Assembly: GCA_964016885.1 (NCBI GenBank)
Contig: OZ024742.1
Location: 306,342,001-306,406,000, forward strand
Source: Eledone cirrhosa
Taxonomy: Eukaryota
Length of the DNA: 64,000 bases
Direction of reading: 5' to 3'
Shown here: in pieces, positions 26,949-41,637 of the stretch
Numbering within the stretch: position 1 is the first letter of the stretch
Layout of the letters: every line of letters starts with the position of its first letter
Made by a program: the position numbers and the translations under genes
Notes under the pieces: model-generated
Told to the model about the DNA's origin: nothing
The model's database searches: none
Seen by the model: only the letters and a program-made list of their open reading frames with translations

Positions 26949-29071
26949 ATGGCTACGAAAAAGAATTTTCAAAGGTCACTCCCACTCATTCCGTCTTCTT
27001 CTTCCTCAATTGTCACTACAGCAGAGAGAAGATTGTCTCTCTCCCTCCCTTCTCTAAATGTGTCTCTCTCCCTCCCTTCTCTTTCACAAGCGACGCCAGA
27101 AAAGAAAAATCACGTGCAAAGCGAGCAAGATTTCTCCACGACGACGACGACAACGACGAAAAAGGTGTGCGGGAAATACGAAAACCCATTTCATTCGTCT
27201 GACGTCAGGAATAATAGCAGTAGCAGCCGTAATAACAGCAGCAACAGTGACAAGGAAAATAACAGTAGCAGCCGCAACAGCATCAGCAGCAGCATAAACA
27301 ACAACAGCATTAGCAGCAACAACAACAGCAGCAGCAGCAACAACAACAACAACCACAGCAACAGCGGCGGCGGCAGTAGTCGTAGTACCTGCAGCAACAA
27401 CAAAAGTAACAGCAGCTCTGACGACAACAACAACAACAACAGCAGCAAAGAAAAACCAAACTCGTTTGCAGGTATCGCAAAGAACCTGGAAACCATCCTC
27501 ATAACAAATGAGGAATTAGAGGAAGCGAAGAAGATGGTGACAAAAACTGGACACCGAGCAATCTGCAAGGCAGCCGAAACATTTTTCGAAACTCAACAGC
27601 ACTGTACGGTCACGTACCGTACAGTATGTACAAAATCCCGTAGGGTTGAAAGAGCCACAGAGGCTCAAATACAAAAAGCTTTGGGGTCTGTGTGGCAGCG
27701 GAAAACGCACATCACCCGAGGCAAGAAATATGCCACCGTAGACGTAATTTTTACCACACCCCAGGAGGTAAAGGCTCAATCCTTAGTGTCTCTAAGGAGC
27801 GAGGAAATGGTGTTGGTGCCCTCCTACTGCGGGCAAAAAATTGTGAGGGTCAAACTGACCCACGTCCCTCCCGGCTTGGCCCCTTCTTGGCTGGCTGCGT
27901 CTGTCCTCGTCGGAATCGAGGACAAAACAACTGTACTGCAAGTACAGAAAAAAGTAAGAGAAGATTGGGTCGGCACCTCCATTGAGATGTTAATCCAAAC
28001 CAACCAGGAGTGCATCGAAGTTATCCCGGATGTGATAGACTTCGATAACGGCACTCAACTGCCCATAAGTGTTGAGGGCAAATGCCTGAAATGCTTTCGC
28101 TGTGGATCGAAGACTCACCTCAGGGGCTTCTGTAACGAGAAGACCCTGAGAAACTAGAAAACCCCCCTCCTTCCGAAACCAGCTCCACGGCTACCAGCAA
28201 CAGGACAAGCAGCAACCAGGAACAATAGGTCCGTGGCACCCATACCCACGCCACGGAAATCAAAAACAGCAGCAGCAGTGGAAGTATTAACAACAACAAC
28301 AGCAATACCAAATGCAACTGCATCAGAGACTCCAGTGCAAACATCACCAACAACAAGTGAAAGAGTGGAGCTGGTACCCCTCCCCGACCTCACAGAATCA
28401 GACACGGAGTGTGAGGTGGAAGAGGGATGGCAAAAGGTCGTAGGAAGGCACAAACGCAGAAGCAGTGCATCGTCGCCTTCGAAAAGGGAGGAAAGAAATG
28501 AAAAAAGGGTAAAGGCTACTGCAAAGAGACTCACAGCAGCAACACCACCAACACCATCACCACCAACACTAGCACCACCATCACCACCGGCGACAACCCC
28601 ACCGCCAACAACAACACCTTCAACACCACCACCACAAGCACCAACATCGCAAACACAACAACAAAACACACACAATCAGCAACAACGACAAGAAAATAGC
28701 AGAATCACACCCACCCCCAGAAAAACAAATGCACGGCAATAAATACACACAAAAAGAAACTAATGACTTACATAATTGAACACACAGACATTTCACAACA
28801 CGACTACATAATACCAGCACCAATCAAAACGCCAACTAACATAAGACTGCTAAAAATAGCACAGAAACAATACACAAACATTAAAACGAAATTCCCCAAC
28901 GCAGTTGGTGATTTCAGAGACCTAGGAGGGACTCTCAACCGAAGAGTATATTCGGACATACTCATAGAAGAGCCGACGACCAGCCGAAGGGACGATACAA
29001 CGGTCCCTTCACCAGACGATCAAGTGAAAAGGGATGGAAAAACCATCCCTCCTCTACGGAAAGTACAGTAA
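26949..29071 (+). pseudogene. ORF1, gag-like with CCHC zinc knuckle, disrupted
   Basis: Contains CFRCGSKTHLRGFC. In-frame TAG at 28155-28157, after which the same frame continues to 28742. A probable frameshifted end reaches 29071. Confidence 0.75.
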
Positions 29072-29106
29072 GTGGTCTTTCCCATCTTTTCCACTCTATT
29101 TTAAAC

Positions 29107-32100
29107 ATGACCTCACTCAGAATAGGCAGCATAAATGCGCGTGGCTTGGGATCGTCATGGAATCAGGGTCACCTGCTCAACGACCTCAGGTCATTAAACA
29201 TAGATGTAGTGGCCATCAGTGAGACCAGAATCTCCGAAGCACCGGCCTTCGCACCGATCTTCGGCGGCTACAAAGTGTACGCATCTCCCAGCCGTCCTGG
29301 ATCGGGGGGGGGGGAGTTGCTGTGATTTTTCGGAGAGGTTTGGATCTCGCCATACGGGCCATCTTCCTGGACCCAGAGGGTAAGTTGGTGGTGCTGGACG
29401 TGACCAGCGGAGACGGGCAAGCTTTCAGGCTAGTGGCCGTCTATGCCCGGACAGGACCAGGGCGGCCTGATTTCTTCCGGCGTCTGGAGACCTTTCTTGG
29501 AACGTCCCGCTCTTTAGTGTTAGTGGGCGACTGGAACGGGATCTTAGATGCACGCTGGGATTGTGTGGGATTAGCGGATAGGGGTGGAGGGTGCAAGATC
29601 CTCACCAACCTGCTCAGGCGTTTTGAACTGTCTGACAGGTACCGATTAGATTTCCCGAATGTGCCAATGTGGACTTGAACAAATCGCATAGGGTCATCCA
29701 GATCATATCTAGATAGAGTATTTTGTAGGGAAATAGATAGGTCTAGCATAGGCTGTCCACAATTCAAGATAGTCAGCTACACGGACCACAAATTCGTGAT
29801 CTGTGTGCTTGACTTAGATAGGCTTCATAGACGAGGACCCGGCTACTGGAAGCTAAACGCGTCCTTACCAGCGCGCAAGGCCTACAGAGACCAGATTAGC
29901 GAACTAGTTAAGCGGGCGTTGACGGGGGCCATCGTCAACAACGAGTGGTGGTTTCCTCTGAAAAGAGCGATTAGAAGAGAATCGATTAGGTTTAGTAACG
30001 CTTTAACAATAGAGAAAAATAGAGCAGAGGGAGAACTAGTTAGAAAATTAGACGCGGCGCTTAGCAAAGGCATTGCGACCGACGTGCTTGCGGCGAAATT
30101 GGCCCTTGACCAATTCTTCAATGCAAAGCACGAAGGCTGCGTTGTCAGAGCTAGGGTGCGTGCTCTCAGACACGAGGGGACGAAAGCCGTTCAATGGGCC
30201 CGAGTGGCGGAGGCGCGTCGTGGCAACAAAGCCACGATCCTGTCTTTGGTGGACAACGACGGGCGCATGCTACTCGATCCCGGGCAAATGTGTGAAGCTT
30301 TTCAGCGACACTTCGCTCAGCTGTTCGGGGGCAGCGGTAGGCCGGGTCGAGGGATGGACTTTAGTGTCTACCTCGACGGACTGCCGCGGCTCTCGACCAC
30401 TGAGGCGGAGTGTTGCGAAAAGCCGATAACAGCTGCTGAGGTAAGGGAGGCAATGACTGGCTGCACAAGGGGTAAATCGCCTGGTTTGGATGGTCTGCCC
30501 TATGAACTTTACGTGCAGATGCCAGACTTGTTTGGAGGCCTCTTGGCGGACGTCTACTGCAACTGGCAACAAAATGGGAGAATTCCCAGTTCTTTGAGCC
30601 GAGGAGCGGTGGAACTGATGAGAAAGGATCCGAACAAGGGGGATAACATAGATAATTTCAGGCACATAACTCTGCTAAACAGAGAGTTCAAGATTTTGGC
30701 CAGGGTGCTAGCAAAGAGGTTGGCGCTTGTCGTTGGTGGTCTGGTGGGAGAGGCGCAGACATGCGCCATTCCCGACAGATCCATCCACGACAACCTCCAC
30801 ATCATGCGATACACCGTAGAGAGGGTAGCTAGGGAACCTTGCACGGGTGGGTCCTTGATCAATTTAGATCAGTCGAAAGCTTTCGATAGGGTCGACCATC
30901 GTTACCTAGCGGCAGTCCTGAGGGCGGCTGGCTTTGGGCCCGTCTTCAGAGGCTGGATCGCTGCCATGCACAGCGACATCTGCTCTGTGGTGAGAGTGAA
31001 CGGTCACCTTTCGGAACCGTTCAACATCATGCGCTCGGTCCGACAAGGATGTCCCCTCTCGTCCCTCTTGTACGTATTGACTCTCGAGCCATTACTGCAC
31101 AAACTGGAGACGTTGAGGGGCGTCCCGCGCGAACTAGGATGCGGAAGATCCGTGTCAGCATATGCGGACGATGTCACCGTAGTGGTGTCGAACGCCAAAC
31201 ACATCGAGGCGATCGGCACTACACTAAGAGAATACGAAGCGGTGACAGGAGCAATGATCAACCAGGAAAAGTCAGTGGGCCTGCAGCTCGGCACCTGGAG
31301 AGGCAGGTCCATGCCGTCCAACAGCGTCGCCGGACGCTGGACGGACGGACCGGTTAAATTGCTTGGGGTCTGGTTCGGTACGGACCTCCAGACGGACAAA
31401 AACTGGGACGAGGTGACGAGCAGGGTGGCTTCTCTCACCCAGAAATGGGCGGAGAGGAAGCTATCCCTGAAAGGTCGAGCGGAGGTGGCTAACGCGTACA
31501 TCGCGTCTGTCATCTGCTACCGCCTGACCGTCGTACCTCGTCCTAAGCCCCGCCTGACTGCGCCGGAGCGTTTGCTCTTTCGCTTTTTGTGGAAGGGACG
31601 CGCTCCGATGTTCAGGCGTTCCATCTGCTGTCATCCCCCGCTACGTGGAGGGCTGGGAATGCCGTGGCTGATGATGCGCAGACACACGCTCAGGCTACGA
31701 CATCTCCACCTCTTCCTCGACGGTGATCAGGTGTGGTCGCCGTTTGCTAGACACGTATTTCCCCAGCTCGTTTCCTTGACGCAGCTGCAGTCCTGGGTCA
31801 AGCGAAGACCGAGAGGGAGCGCCTGGAGACTGGAATGTCTTCAGGCACTCACAGCCCTCGACCAATCGGGCAATGTGATCGCTGGAAACTCCACCTCGGC
31901 GTTCTACAGAGGATTAGTGGAGGGGAAGAGCGACGACGTACTTGGAGAAACTCTAGGCGTCGACGAAAATCAACTAGCCAATCTCTTCGGAAGAACTTTC
32001 GGGCCGGGACCTATGGATAATTTCCAAAAATCTCTGGCCTGGCAGTGCTACCGAGGAGCCTTGCCAGTTCGGGATAAACTCTACAGGCATGGAGTTGCCG

Positions 32101-32526
32101 TCAACCGGGCATGTACGAGATGCGCGCAGGGCAACGAAACCGTCCTGCACGCACTCGTCCAGTGTCCGAAAATTGCTGACTTGTGGGTTTATGTCGAACA
32201 CCTGCTGTCGCGTGTAGGACGGATCCGGCTATCGCTTAGTCCATCGTGGGGATTTCCCCGCCCTCTCCCTTTACCGGGAAGGGCAGGCAGTTTTTATCTG
32301 TCTGGTGGCCATGGCGAAAGAGATAGTATGGTGGACACGTTTGAAAGGGCTCAAGACGAGCACTTACCTCTTCAGTGATGCCCTGATTGACTTTTTCAAA
32401 TTTCATTTGAAAAGAAAAATCAGAGTAGAGAGGGAAGTGCTCTCTTCCCAGCATTTTGTTGAAAGATGGGTGAGAGAAGCAAGAATGGCCCGAGTGAATG
32501 GGCCTACTCTGAGTACGTATCTGTAA
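29107..32526 (+). pseudogene. ORF2: AP endonuclease, reverse transcriptase, C-terminal zinc finger, disrupted
   Basis: Motifs SINARGL, ISETR, VGDWN, SYLDR, TDH, KSPGLDG, DQSKAFD, QGCPLS, YADD and CxxC..ETVLH..C. Frameshift at the G-run ~29304-29314, TGA at 29676-29678, frameshift near 32240. Confidence 0.92.
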
Positions 32527-32776
32527 ATTAAAGGTGGAAAACTGGGAGAGGGCACTTGCCTTGGTGGTCAGGGTCACTGTGGCCTTTTACTGGGCTTTCT
32601 CCACAAATGTCCCTCCGAAGTCTCACCCTATTGGGGAATTTTTCATTGTTATTTTTGTTACATCCTTTGTTTTTGTTTTTTACACGCAGAAATGCCCATT
32701 TGTACCGTCCTGTATTGTCCTGTACTATCCTTAATGTCTACTTTATGTAAACCCTTGTGGTTAATAAAGAAAACAC

Positions 32777-32819
<43 letters not shown>

Positions 32820-33355
32820 TATTTATATATATATATATATTTGTAAGTGACTCTGTGGGGATTCATTTTTATTTGGGGGTAGCTGCAAAACATCTAAAAT
32901 ACGTGTATCAGGCGATTAAATATTCAATCTATTCGTAAAGAGGTTAGCCAAATAATCTGAAAATGGGTGAAGAATTCTTTTATATTTCTACTCAGGGAAG
33001 ACGTCGGCCTGCTACTACCTTAATAATCTAAACAGATTCATAATATTTTAAAACTGATTTTTTTTATTTAATTCTTAGAAAAAAGAATATCAACGTTCTA
33101 TTTTCGAATTGACTTTGTATTTTGTATTATTTTTTCTTCACATTATTTTAGAAATAATTTTGAAATAATTATAAAATCACAGTCGTCGGATTAAGATATG
33201 GAGGAATTAACCAATCAGAGAATAAAATAATATTAGTGGCGTAGAGGAAAATATAATTAAATTATTGCGTGACTTATTGGAAGGTCTGATATACACATAG
33301 ATAATTGTGTAGATAAAAAGAAATTTACATGAAAATTTGCATCGATCAACGAATA

Positions 33356-33423
<68 letters not shown>

Positions 33424-33603
33424 CATACATGTACCAACACACATGCATACACACATGCACGAATATATATACATACACACGCACGCCCATAGATACACAC
33501 ACAGATATATATATATATATATGTGTGTCTGTTTGTGTGTGTATATATATGCAGGTAAATATTTAGAAGTTAGTTTATATATCAATATATCAATATATAT
33601 ATA

Positions 33604-33703
<100 letters not shown>

Positions 33704-33721
33704 CCTTAATCTGTTATCTTA

Positions 33722-33789
<68 letters not shown>

Positions 33790-34442
33790 GTACATATATA
33801 CATACTCAATTAGATATAGTATAGAGGAGGACGTTATCGTTAATACGAAATACTTCCTTTTCTTCTTCTAATGTGTCTTATTAGTTCCGAAACGAGTTTG
33901 AATTCTCTTTTCATTGAATTTTCATGTCTTTTTACTTTTTTCTCAATTATTATCTTTCAATTTCTTTTTTGTGTTGTCTTTTTTGTCTTTTTTTTTTTCG
34001 TTTTATATTTTTTAATGTGTGTTTTTGTTTTGATTTATTTTTCATTTTTCATGCAAAATTTGATTTTACACTATTATTAACCAATAAAACTATCGATGCT
34101 AGCAAAACACCTTCCTGAACATAACTGAATCCCTGTAAGAATATTTAATTATTCTTTTATGCAAATGGCGAGATGAAAAGAAGTGACTATACACTCAGAG
34201 AATTCATAATTGCGTTCCACTTTCCAGAGAAAAATGTTTCTTTGTTTTGTTAAGATATTTTTTAAAATATAATAAAGAAAACTAAAGAAAAATACGTAAA
34301 TCAATAAACAAATACGTGAGAGGTATTAGACTGTGAGAGAGAGATAGTAGTAGGCAACATATGATGTGAGAATAAAAAGAGTAGCGAGATAGTGACAGTG
34401 AGAGAGAAAGAGAGAGAGGGGAAGGGGAAGAGAGAGAGGAAG

Positions 34443-34480
<38 letters not shown>

Positions 34481-35163
34481 GGGGGGAGAGAGAGGGGGGA
34501 GAAGACAGAGAGCAGAGGTTAAAGTTGAGGTAGAAGACACAATTTAGTTTGTTGTGTGGGAGGGTGTAGAATAGAGGAAACATACATACTAATTTCTTAA
34601 TATCGGTTTTTGTTGTTACTGTTATCATCGTTATTGATATTACCATCATCAACATCTTCATCACTACCTCCATTATCCAATTAACATCATAATCATCATC
34701 ATAACTACATTACTATCATCATCACTATCGCCGACATTATTATCATCAGCAACATCTTTAAAAATCATAGTTTAATATCTCTAAAAATACGTGCAAAATG
34801 CGTATACTTAAGATAAGTTTTAATAGAAGCAAGAGCACTACTAACAATTATATTAGGATGAATAACAAATTATTTCTTTTTATTGGATATTTTTTTCAGA
34901 ATTTAAAGAAACGGAATAAATACAAGAACAACATAAGATAATGATGGTCAATTATCCGTCTTGCTAGACGTGAAACTAATGTGTAAATGGCCGAGTATTC
35001 CATAAACACTGTACACAATGCCATATTTAAGTTGAGTCAGCAAGACACAATTTGCTACTGCTACACGCCCGAATAATGACCACAATCTAGCGAGAATTAT
35101 ATGTGTGAGCATCTATGCAGGCGTATGTGCATATACATACACACACACATATATATATATATA

Positions 35164-35719
35164 TTAGAATTGGTGCTCTGAAATAGCGATATATATATGA
35201 ATGTATATATAGTGTATTTTGCCATACCCTGTTTGCTTAATTAAAAGCATTTCGAAGACCTTACGCTATTGTTTTAGAGTAGTGACAGTTTCACTTACTT
35301 TACTTTTCAGCAAACAGGGGAGATAAAGCTGACAGAGCTCTGTTTCGCACTTGTTGGTGCTTATCAAAGCTAACTACTCCACCTGTTTGCTGAAAATCAT
35401 GAATGTTTGGTTCTTATAGAATTCTAATAATAATCAGGAACTGATTATACAGAGCGGTTGCCGGTCAAGCAGAATTGAAAATTATAGTTGGTGCTCTGAA
35501 ATAACGATATATATATGAATGTATATATAGTGTATTTTGCCATACACTGTTTGCTTAATTAAAAAAGCATTTCTAAGACCTTACGCTATTGTTTTAAAGT
35601 AGTGACAGTCACACTTACTTTAATTTTCAGCAAACAGGGGGAGATAAAGCTGACAGAGCTCTGTTTAGCACTTTTGGTGCTTATACACTATATATACAAA
35701 ATACACTATCTGTACATTC

Positions 35720-35722
<3 letters not shown>
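35164..35722 (-). mobile_element. Family A retrozyme tandem (~318-bp unit) with hammerhead at 35327-35371
   Basis: Minus strand reads AGCT-TTGATAA-GCAC caacaa GTGC-GAAA-CAGAGCTCTG-TC-AGCT. The second HHR is truncated at ~35684 by a short inversion. Confidence 0.85.
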
Positions 35723-35767
<45 letters not shown>

Positions 35768-36069
35768 GTAGTTGTATGGTTGCATGGACAGGGAGTTTTG
35801 GAGACACTAAAGCGGATTTACAGAAAACAATTGCTGCGGGATTTGATCGGAAAAGGGGACATGGGAATTTTTCCATATTTACGTGCGATAAACATGAGGG
35901 AGGTGGTTGACCGTTCAGCTGTTGCGTGGAAATGGTAGCGGAACGACGAGCTTCGCTGCGAAAACAATCTTCTATTATTTATTCAATATTTTATAAAAGT
36001 ACTAACTTTTTATGGTTTGACTCAATTCAGTTTTACCAAGTTTTTAGTTATTCTTATGTTTGTTTAATT

Positions 36070-36269
36070 NNNNNNNNNNNNNNNNNNNNNNNNNNNNNNN
36101 NNNNNNNNNNNNNNNNNNNNNNNNNNNNNNNNNNNNNNNNNNNNNNNNNNNNNNNNNNNNNNNNNNNNNNNNNNNNNNNNNNNNNNNNNNNNNNNNNNNN
36201 NNNNNNNNNNNNNNNNNNNNNNNNNNNNNNNNNNNNNNNNNNNNNNNNNNNNNNNNNNNNNNNNNNNNN
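36070..36269. other. Assembly gap (200 N)
   Basis: Run of N. Confidence 1.
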
Positions 36270-36399
36270 TCACAATGTATGACGAAATAGCCATCCTATT
36301 ATTAAACTAATCGACTGGAAGTTTATAATAAAATGAAGTCAAAACCAACAGGTGCGATGGTTGGTTTATATTGGCACATGACCCTTCCAAAGTTTAACA

Positions 36400-36430
<31 letters not shown>

Positions 36431-37111
36431 CAAATATAAATTAGCGAGAATCGTTTTCAGCTCAGGAATTAACGAAAATCAACGTCCGATATGTGTGGCA
36501 AGCGCTCGATGAATCATATGAATCAGAGCTACAACATACGTTAAGGGCCAAACACACTGAGATGATGGTTAAACATATCATCCGCACAGCCAAAATCAAA
36601 ACGACCAAGTAATTCGGGTCAAACAATAAAAATATATGTGTTGATACTTTCCCGGACCCTGGACTGATGGTAAAATCCAGTATTGGTTTCTGCGACTCCA
36701 AATCAGGTACTGTCCGCCTACATAAAGAATGTTGGGCTTCTGGTGAGATGATGAACAAGGCAGTCGTGTTTTCAACGGGTTTTGCTCCAATATGCTATAG
36801 ATAGTGTAGCTATTACTGACCCCTCGTGGGATTCAGCAAGGGAGGTAACACCTCTATTAAGCGAATGATTCAGTTGTGTATTATTGCGAGATTGCAAAAT
36901 ATCACAAATCGAATAAAGCTCTCGACAGAATGGTTAAATATAACAGAGCTATTCAACAGTCAATATAAGTAACTGAAAAAATCAATAAAATTAACTGCTC
37001 AATAGCTAGACTCTGGAGATTAATACAAATATAAATTAGCGAGAATCGTTTTCAGCTCAGGGATTAACGAAAATCAACGTCCGATATGTGTGGCAAGCGC
37101 TCGATGAATCA
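36431..37111 (-). mobile_element. 595-bp non-coding element with ~86-bp terminal direct repeat in (TA)n (family E)
   Basis: 36431-36516 is approximately 37026-37111. No canonical HHR seen. Confidence 0.75.
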
Positions 37112-37113
37112 TC

Positions 37114-37188
<75 letters not shown>

Positions 37189-37406
37189 AAATGGAGAATA
37201 GGAAGGCTGTGTAGTTGCTAGTTAATGTAGGCTTAAAATCAAGAATAAAGCAAGAACGGAGGCGGAAGTTATACTCATCAGTTGTCTACTGGGGGTCTCA
37301 GATATTTCAAAGCTTTGCAGACAATATATCTACTCCAACGCGTTCAATAACTAGGTAAGTTATTGGGAAAACAGACGAGAAAGGTGTTGAACGTAAGTTC
37401 TAAATC

Positions 37407-37439
<33 letters not shown>

Positions 37440-38464
37440 GAAAAACCAATGAAATCTTTGAGTTCAGTCCATGTCCGCATCATTTGCATTTCATTTTTGT
37501 ATCTAATAACCTTGGACAAAATATAAACATTTGAACGTATTATATTTGGAATCATCATTGTTAAAAAAATAATTAATATATAATTATTTATTAGCTTCAG
37601 GGCTGATAAAAAATAAGGAAACCAAACATTATCATATTGTCTGAACATATTCTTTAAGGAATGTGAAGAAACTGTTGTCAGTGAGAGGTATCAATTGTCT
37701 CTACAGAAAACGAATTTAATCTTATTTCGAAAATGCATTGCTAATGAGAGTTGACCTCGGTTGCATACTAATTCTTCCATCATCCGTTGTATCTTATACA
37801 AAATAAATATTACTGCTTTAGTTTTCCTGTCTCTCATTAATACCTAAGTTTTCAATGGGATATGGCTGCTCTTCTTCCGCCTCTTGTTATTGCCTCAGGA
37901 TAACATATTTCTTAGGTCATTTCTGCTAATTGTTCATCACATGTTTGTTTTTAGGTGTAACTGCCTGCTTCTCTAGCCTCTTGTTAATTTCTACATGTTT
38001 GGGCGTAACCTTCAACTGAGGCAAATTAATGAATGGCTGTCTTAATGAAGACAATCAGCATTGAATTTTTACAGATTGTCATGCATCCTATGAAAATTAT
38101 GGTGAAAAGTCTACAAATAAATAGTACAGTGATTATCACTTGATATATTTAGTGAACCAAAGGAAAATACTTAAAAGCAAAACAAGATTGACATCTCTCT
38201 CTGTCTCTCTCTCTCTCTTTCTCTCTTTCTCTCCACACGCACACACATAAACACATACATGCGCGCGCATGCACACACACACATACACAGGCACATATAT
38301 ATATATATTTATAATATATATAATATTGAAAAAAGTATAACAAAGATATCCATCAATTCGAAAGCATTTATTCTTATGAAAATATTAGCCTTCAGAATTT
38401 TCGAATCCCACCATAATCGAAGCAAACAGGAGATAACTTTAACTTAATGTAAGTTGTTCATCCT

Positions 38465-38615
38465 AGGCGGCGAATTGGCAGAGTTGGAACGTCGATAGAA
38501 TGCGTCATTGTATTCGTTCCAGTTCTATGCTCTCAGAGTTCAAATTCGCCGAGGCCAACTTTGCCTTTCACCATTTCGAGGTCGATAAAAAAGTACCTGT
38601 CCAGTAATGGGGTTG
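38465..38615 (+). mobile_element. tRNA-derived SINE related to S1
   Basis: GGCGGCGAATTGGCAGAG...GAGTTCAAATTCGCCGAGGCCAACTTTGCCTTTCA. Confidence 0.75.
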
Positions 38616-40229
38616 GCTCTTCCTCTATATCTCTTTCTCCTTTCTTCTCTCTCACTTTCTATCTTTCCCTGGAAGACATCTGCTATACTCAGGCCTAAAT
38701 AGGAATGGGCTCCGCCAGGCTTTAAAAAGAAACGCCCTATGTCAATACGGTGCCTCTCCGACTCTATCACAATGTCGTTCATATAAATTGATGTATTATC
38801 AAGTGTCTTTACATAAATATATATTTTCTTCATGTTAATTGTGAACTAATTGTATATTTGTTGAAGAAAATATTCTTTTGAATTATTGGATATTTTTTGT
38901 TAAACTTACTCTAATCTTATATAATGCTATATAATACATTTGTTTTCAATTACAATGACCTTACACCACGAATTAATACGTTGGCTTATTGTAACTTGAA
39001 TGAATGCGGATAATTAAACTATATACAGCTTATCCATTTCATGATATATATATATGACGTAAGCGATCACCTCAATTTATAATTCAATTCTTTATACATA
39101 GGCCGTACGGAGAGCTGCACATTTTACGATACATACGTAAAGAATTACAACAATGGGCCTAGCATTTAAAATAGTCAACATGTTAACGCTTGAACGAGGA
39201 TTTTTTAAATGTTGACTTTTGTTACGCGAATAACCTTCGAATACAAAGCTGAAAAAAAGTGGTCTGCTAACTTCAATACATGTCCATGAGGATATGATAC
39301 CTAGTCTCTACATAAGGTGTATAATACGAATATAGCTTGATGAATTCTAGATACAACTCCTGTCCTGTTTTGAGCTGCTCATGGACAGGTTTGGCGCACG
39401 TGGCTCTCTGACATCATGAGCTTATTCATATATAGTTAGGACTGACACATACGTATGTTCACGTAGCATTTACTCTATATTTAATATAGAATAATGATTT
39501 CCATTACATACGTACAAGTGCAGTATCTCTACACATAATGAACATATATATGCGTCTATGCAAGTATGTTTGCATACGTGCTGATATCCACAGGCCCGTA
39601 TATGCATAAATAAATATATAGACACAGATATTATATGAACGAAAGCCATATGCGTGCAGATATATTTACGTTCTTTTTTAGGCGCACAAATTTCAACGAA
39701 TAAATTGATAAATGACACATAAACAAGAGAATCCAATTTTATGTATTTCATATTCTCAGTATTTCTTTCTGCGTGATTATAAATATCAGTTTTCTTTTAC
39801 CATATGGAGCATATATATTCTTATATCTACACTTCACACACAGACACACGCGCAAATATATATATATATATATATATAGATAGATAGATAGATAGATATA
39901 TATATATGGTGGAAGATACTAATGAAAACGTTATCGCCACAGAAGATGCCTGCCTCACACGCTTCAAGTAGCACATCAGCCTTCTTCGTCATCACCCACC
40001 CAATACAAACGATCCCTGCCTAACCATCATCGTGGAGACAGCTACAGCCAATGGTACATGCAGACTCAATCATGTCACTCCCGATGAATTCTAAGCCAAC
40101 CTGAAGACGCTCAACAAAAGCAAAGCTCCTGGAATCCCCACTATCACCGCGCAAGTGGCGAGGGCGGATGGAAAAAGCATGATCCAGTGGAACACGTATT
40201 GTCGAGCTCCTACGCATCACCAAAGGTTA

Positions 40230-40860
40230 TTCTTTACTTCTTCCTTAAAGTGTAGACTTGGTAAAGTGTCCTTTCTGAATAGGATGATAACAAGTGATGA
40301 AAATCGTGTCCTGGATAATTATATCCAAAGAAAACAACAATGGTTATCACCCAATGAAAGGAGGCAACCACATCCAAAGCAGGACTACACCAGAAAACTC
40401 TATGTTCTATATTTGCTAGGATATGAAGGGTGTTGTCTATTATGAAGTGTTGAACTCAGGTGAGACAATTAATGCTGACAAGTAGTGTCACCAACTGGAA
40501 TCGTCACAAAAGATATGTAGAAAATGTGACCTGTGTTGTCAAATCGTAAAGGGATGTTGCTACTACACGACAATGCAACACCACATATTAGCCAAATTAC
40601 ACAGAATATAATCATTACACTTAATATGGAAGTGTTGCCTCATCCACCTTATTCATATGACATTATGCCATCGAATTATCAACTTCTTCATACAGCATTC
40701 AATGTCTTATATGCGTCTCAGCAGCGCTCATTCTAGAAAGGTCAAATTACATAATATTAAGCAAAAAAATTGAATCAAACTGAAATGGAATCATTTTAGT
40801 AAAAAATAAAAAGTTCATATTGAAGTCAGTATTGAAAAATTACCTTCAATATCAATATGT
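40230..40860 (+). pseudogene. Mariner transposase remnant
   Basis: FLNRMITSDE, LLLHDNATPH and EVLPHPPYSYDIMPSNY correspond to mariner DD34D motifs. Frameshifted. Confidence 0.85.
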
Positions 40861-41512
40861 CGAAAATGTGACAGGATTTATCTCCAACCTATTATATGTA
40901 TGTGTGGGGGTGGGGGCGGGGCAGTATATTCAAGGAAGCTGGCTATATGAGTACATTGTTCACACATATATGACGTCGGAAAACAAAGATCAGGATCAAA
41001 CAGCAGTCCCACAGACAACCATGCTGTGGTTTCAGAGGAAGAATTTGTACAAGCACTTGATGCTGCAAGCTTAAAACATAGGGAAGGGCACAATGGAACA
41101 CATGCAGCCACTTTCGAAACATTTCATAAATAATCCGCATGAACACCTATTGTATAAGGCAGTGAAAACACCGTCTCAGAATCCAGACATCAGAGAGATA
41201 CGGATAATATCCGGTGAAACAGGGATTTCAAAAACCAGATGATATGTTGCCTCGGCATACGAGAATTCTAACGCTCGCTAAGGGAAGTAACTCTGAGTGA
41301 GTCATATATATGTGTGTGTATGTGTGTTTGTGTGTGTGAGCGTGAGCGAGAGAGTGAGTATGTGCGAGTGCGCGCGCGCGTATATGTGTGTCGTGTGTGT
41401 GTATGTATATATATATACACACACATATACACGCACACATATATATATATACACTCCTCACACACACATATATAATATATATATATGAATATGAATAAAT
41501 ATGAATATATGT

Positions 41513-41637
<125 letters not shown>

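Larger units (their letters stand above)
26732..32776 (+). mobile_element. Near full-length Tx1/L1-clade non-LTR retrotransposon
   Basis: Two-ORF layout, AATAAA at 32763-32768, and (ATT)n on both sides. Confidence 0.9.

Noticed and set aside
36785-36880. HDV-like ribozyme (CCCCTCGTGGG...GCGAATG)
   Set aside because: I could not build a convincing P1 beginning with G or a proper L3/P1.1.
37270-37285. CTGATGAG on the minus strand
   Set aside because: No matching stem II, GAAA or cleavage site follows.
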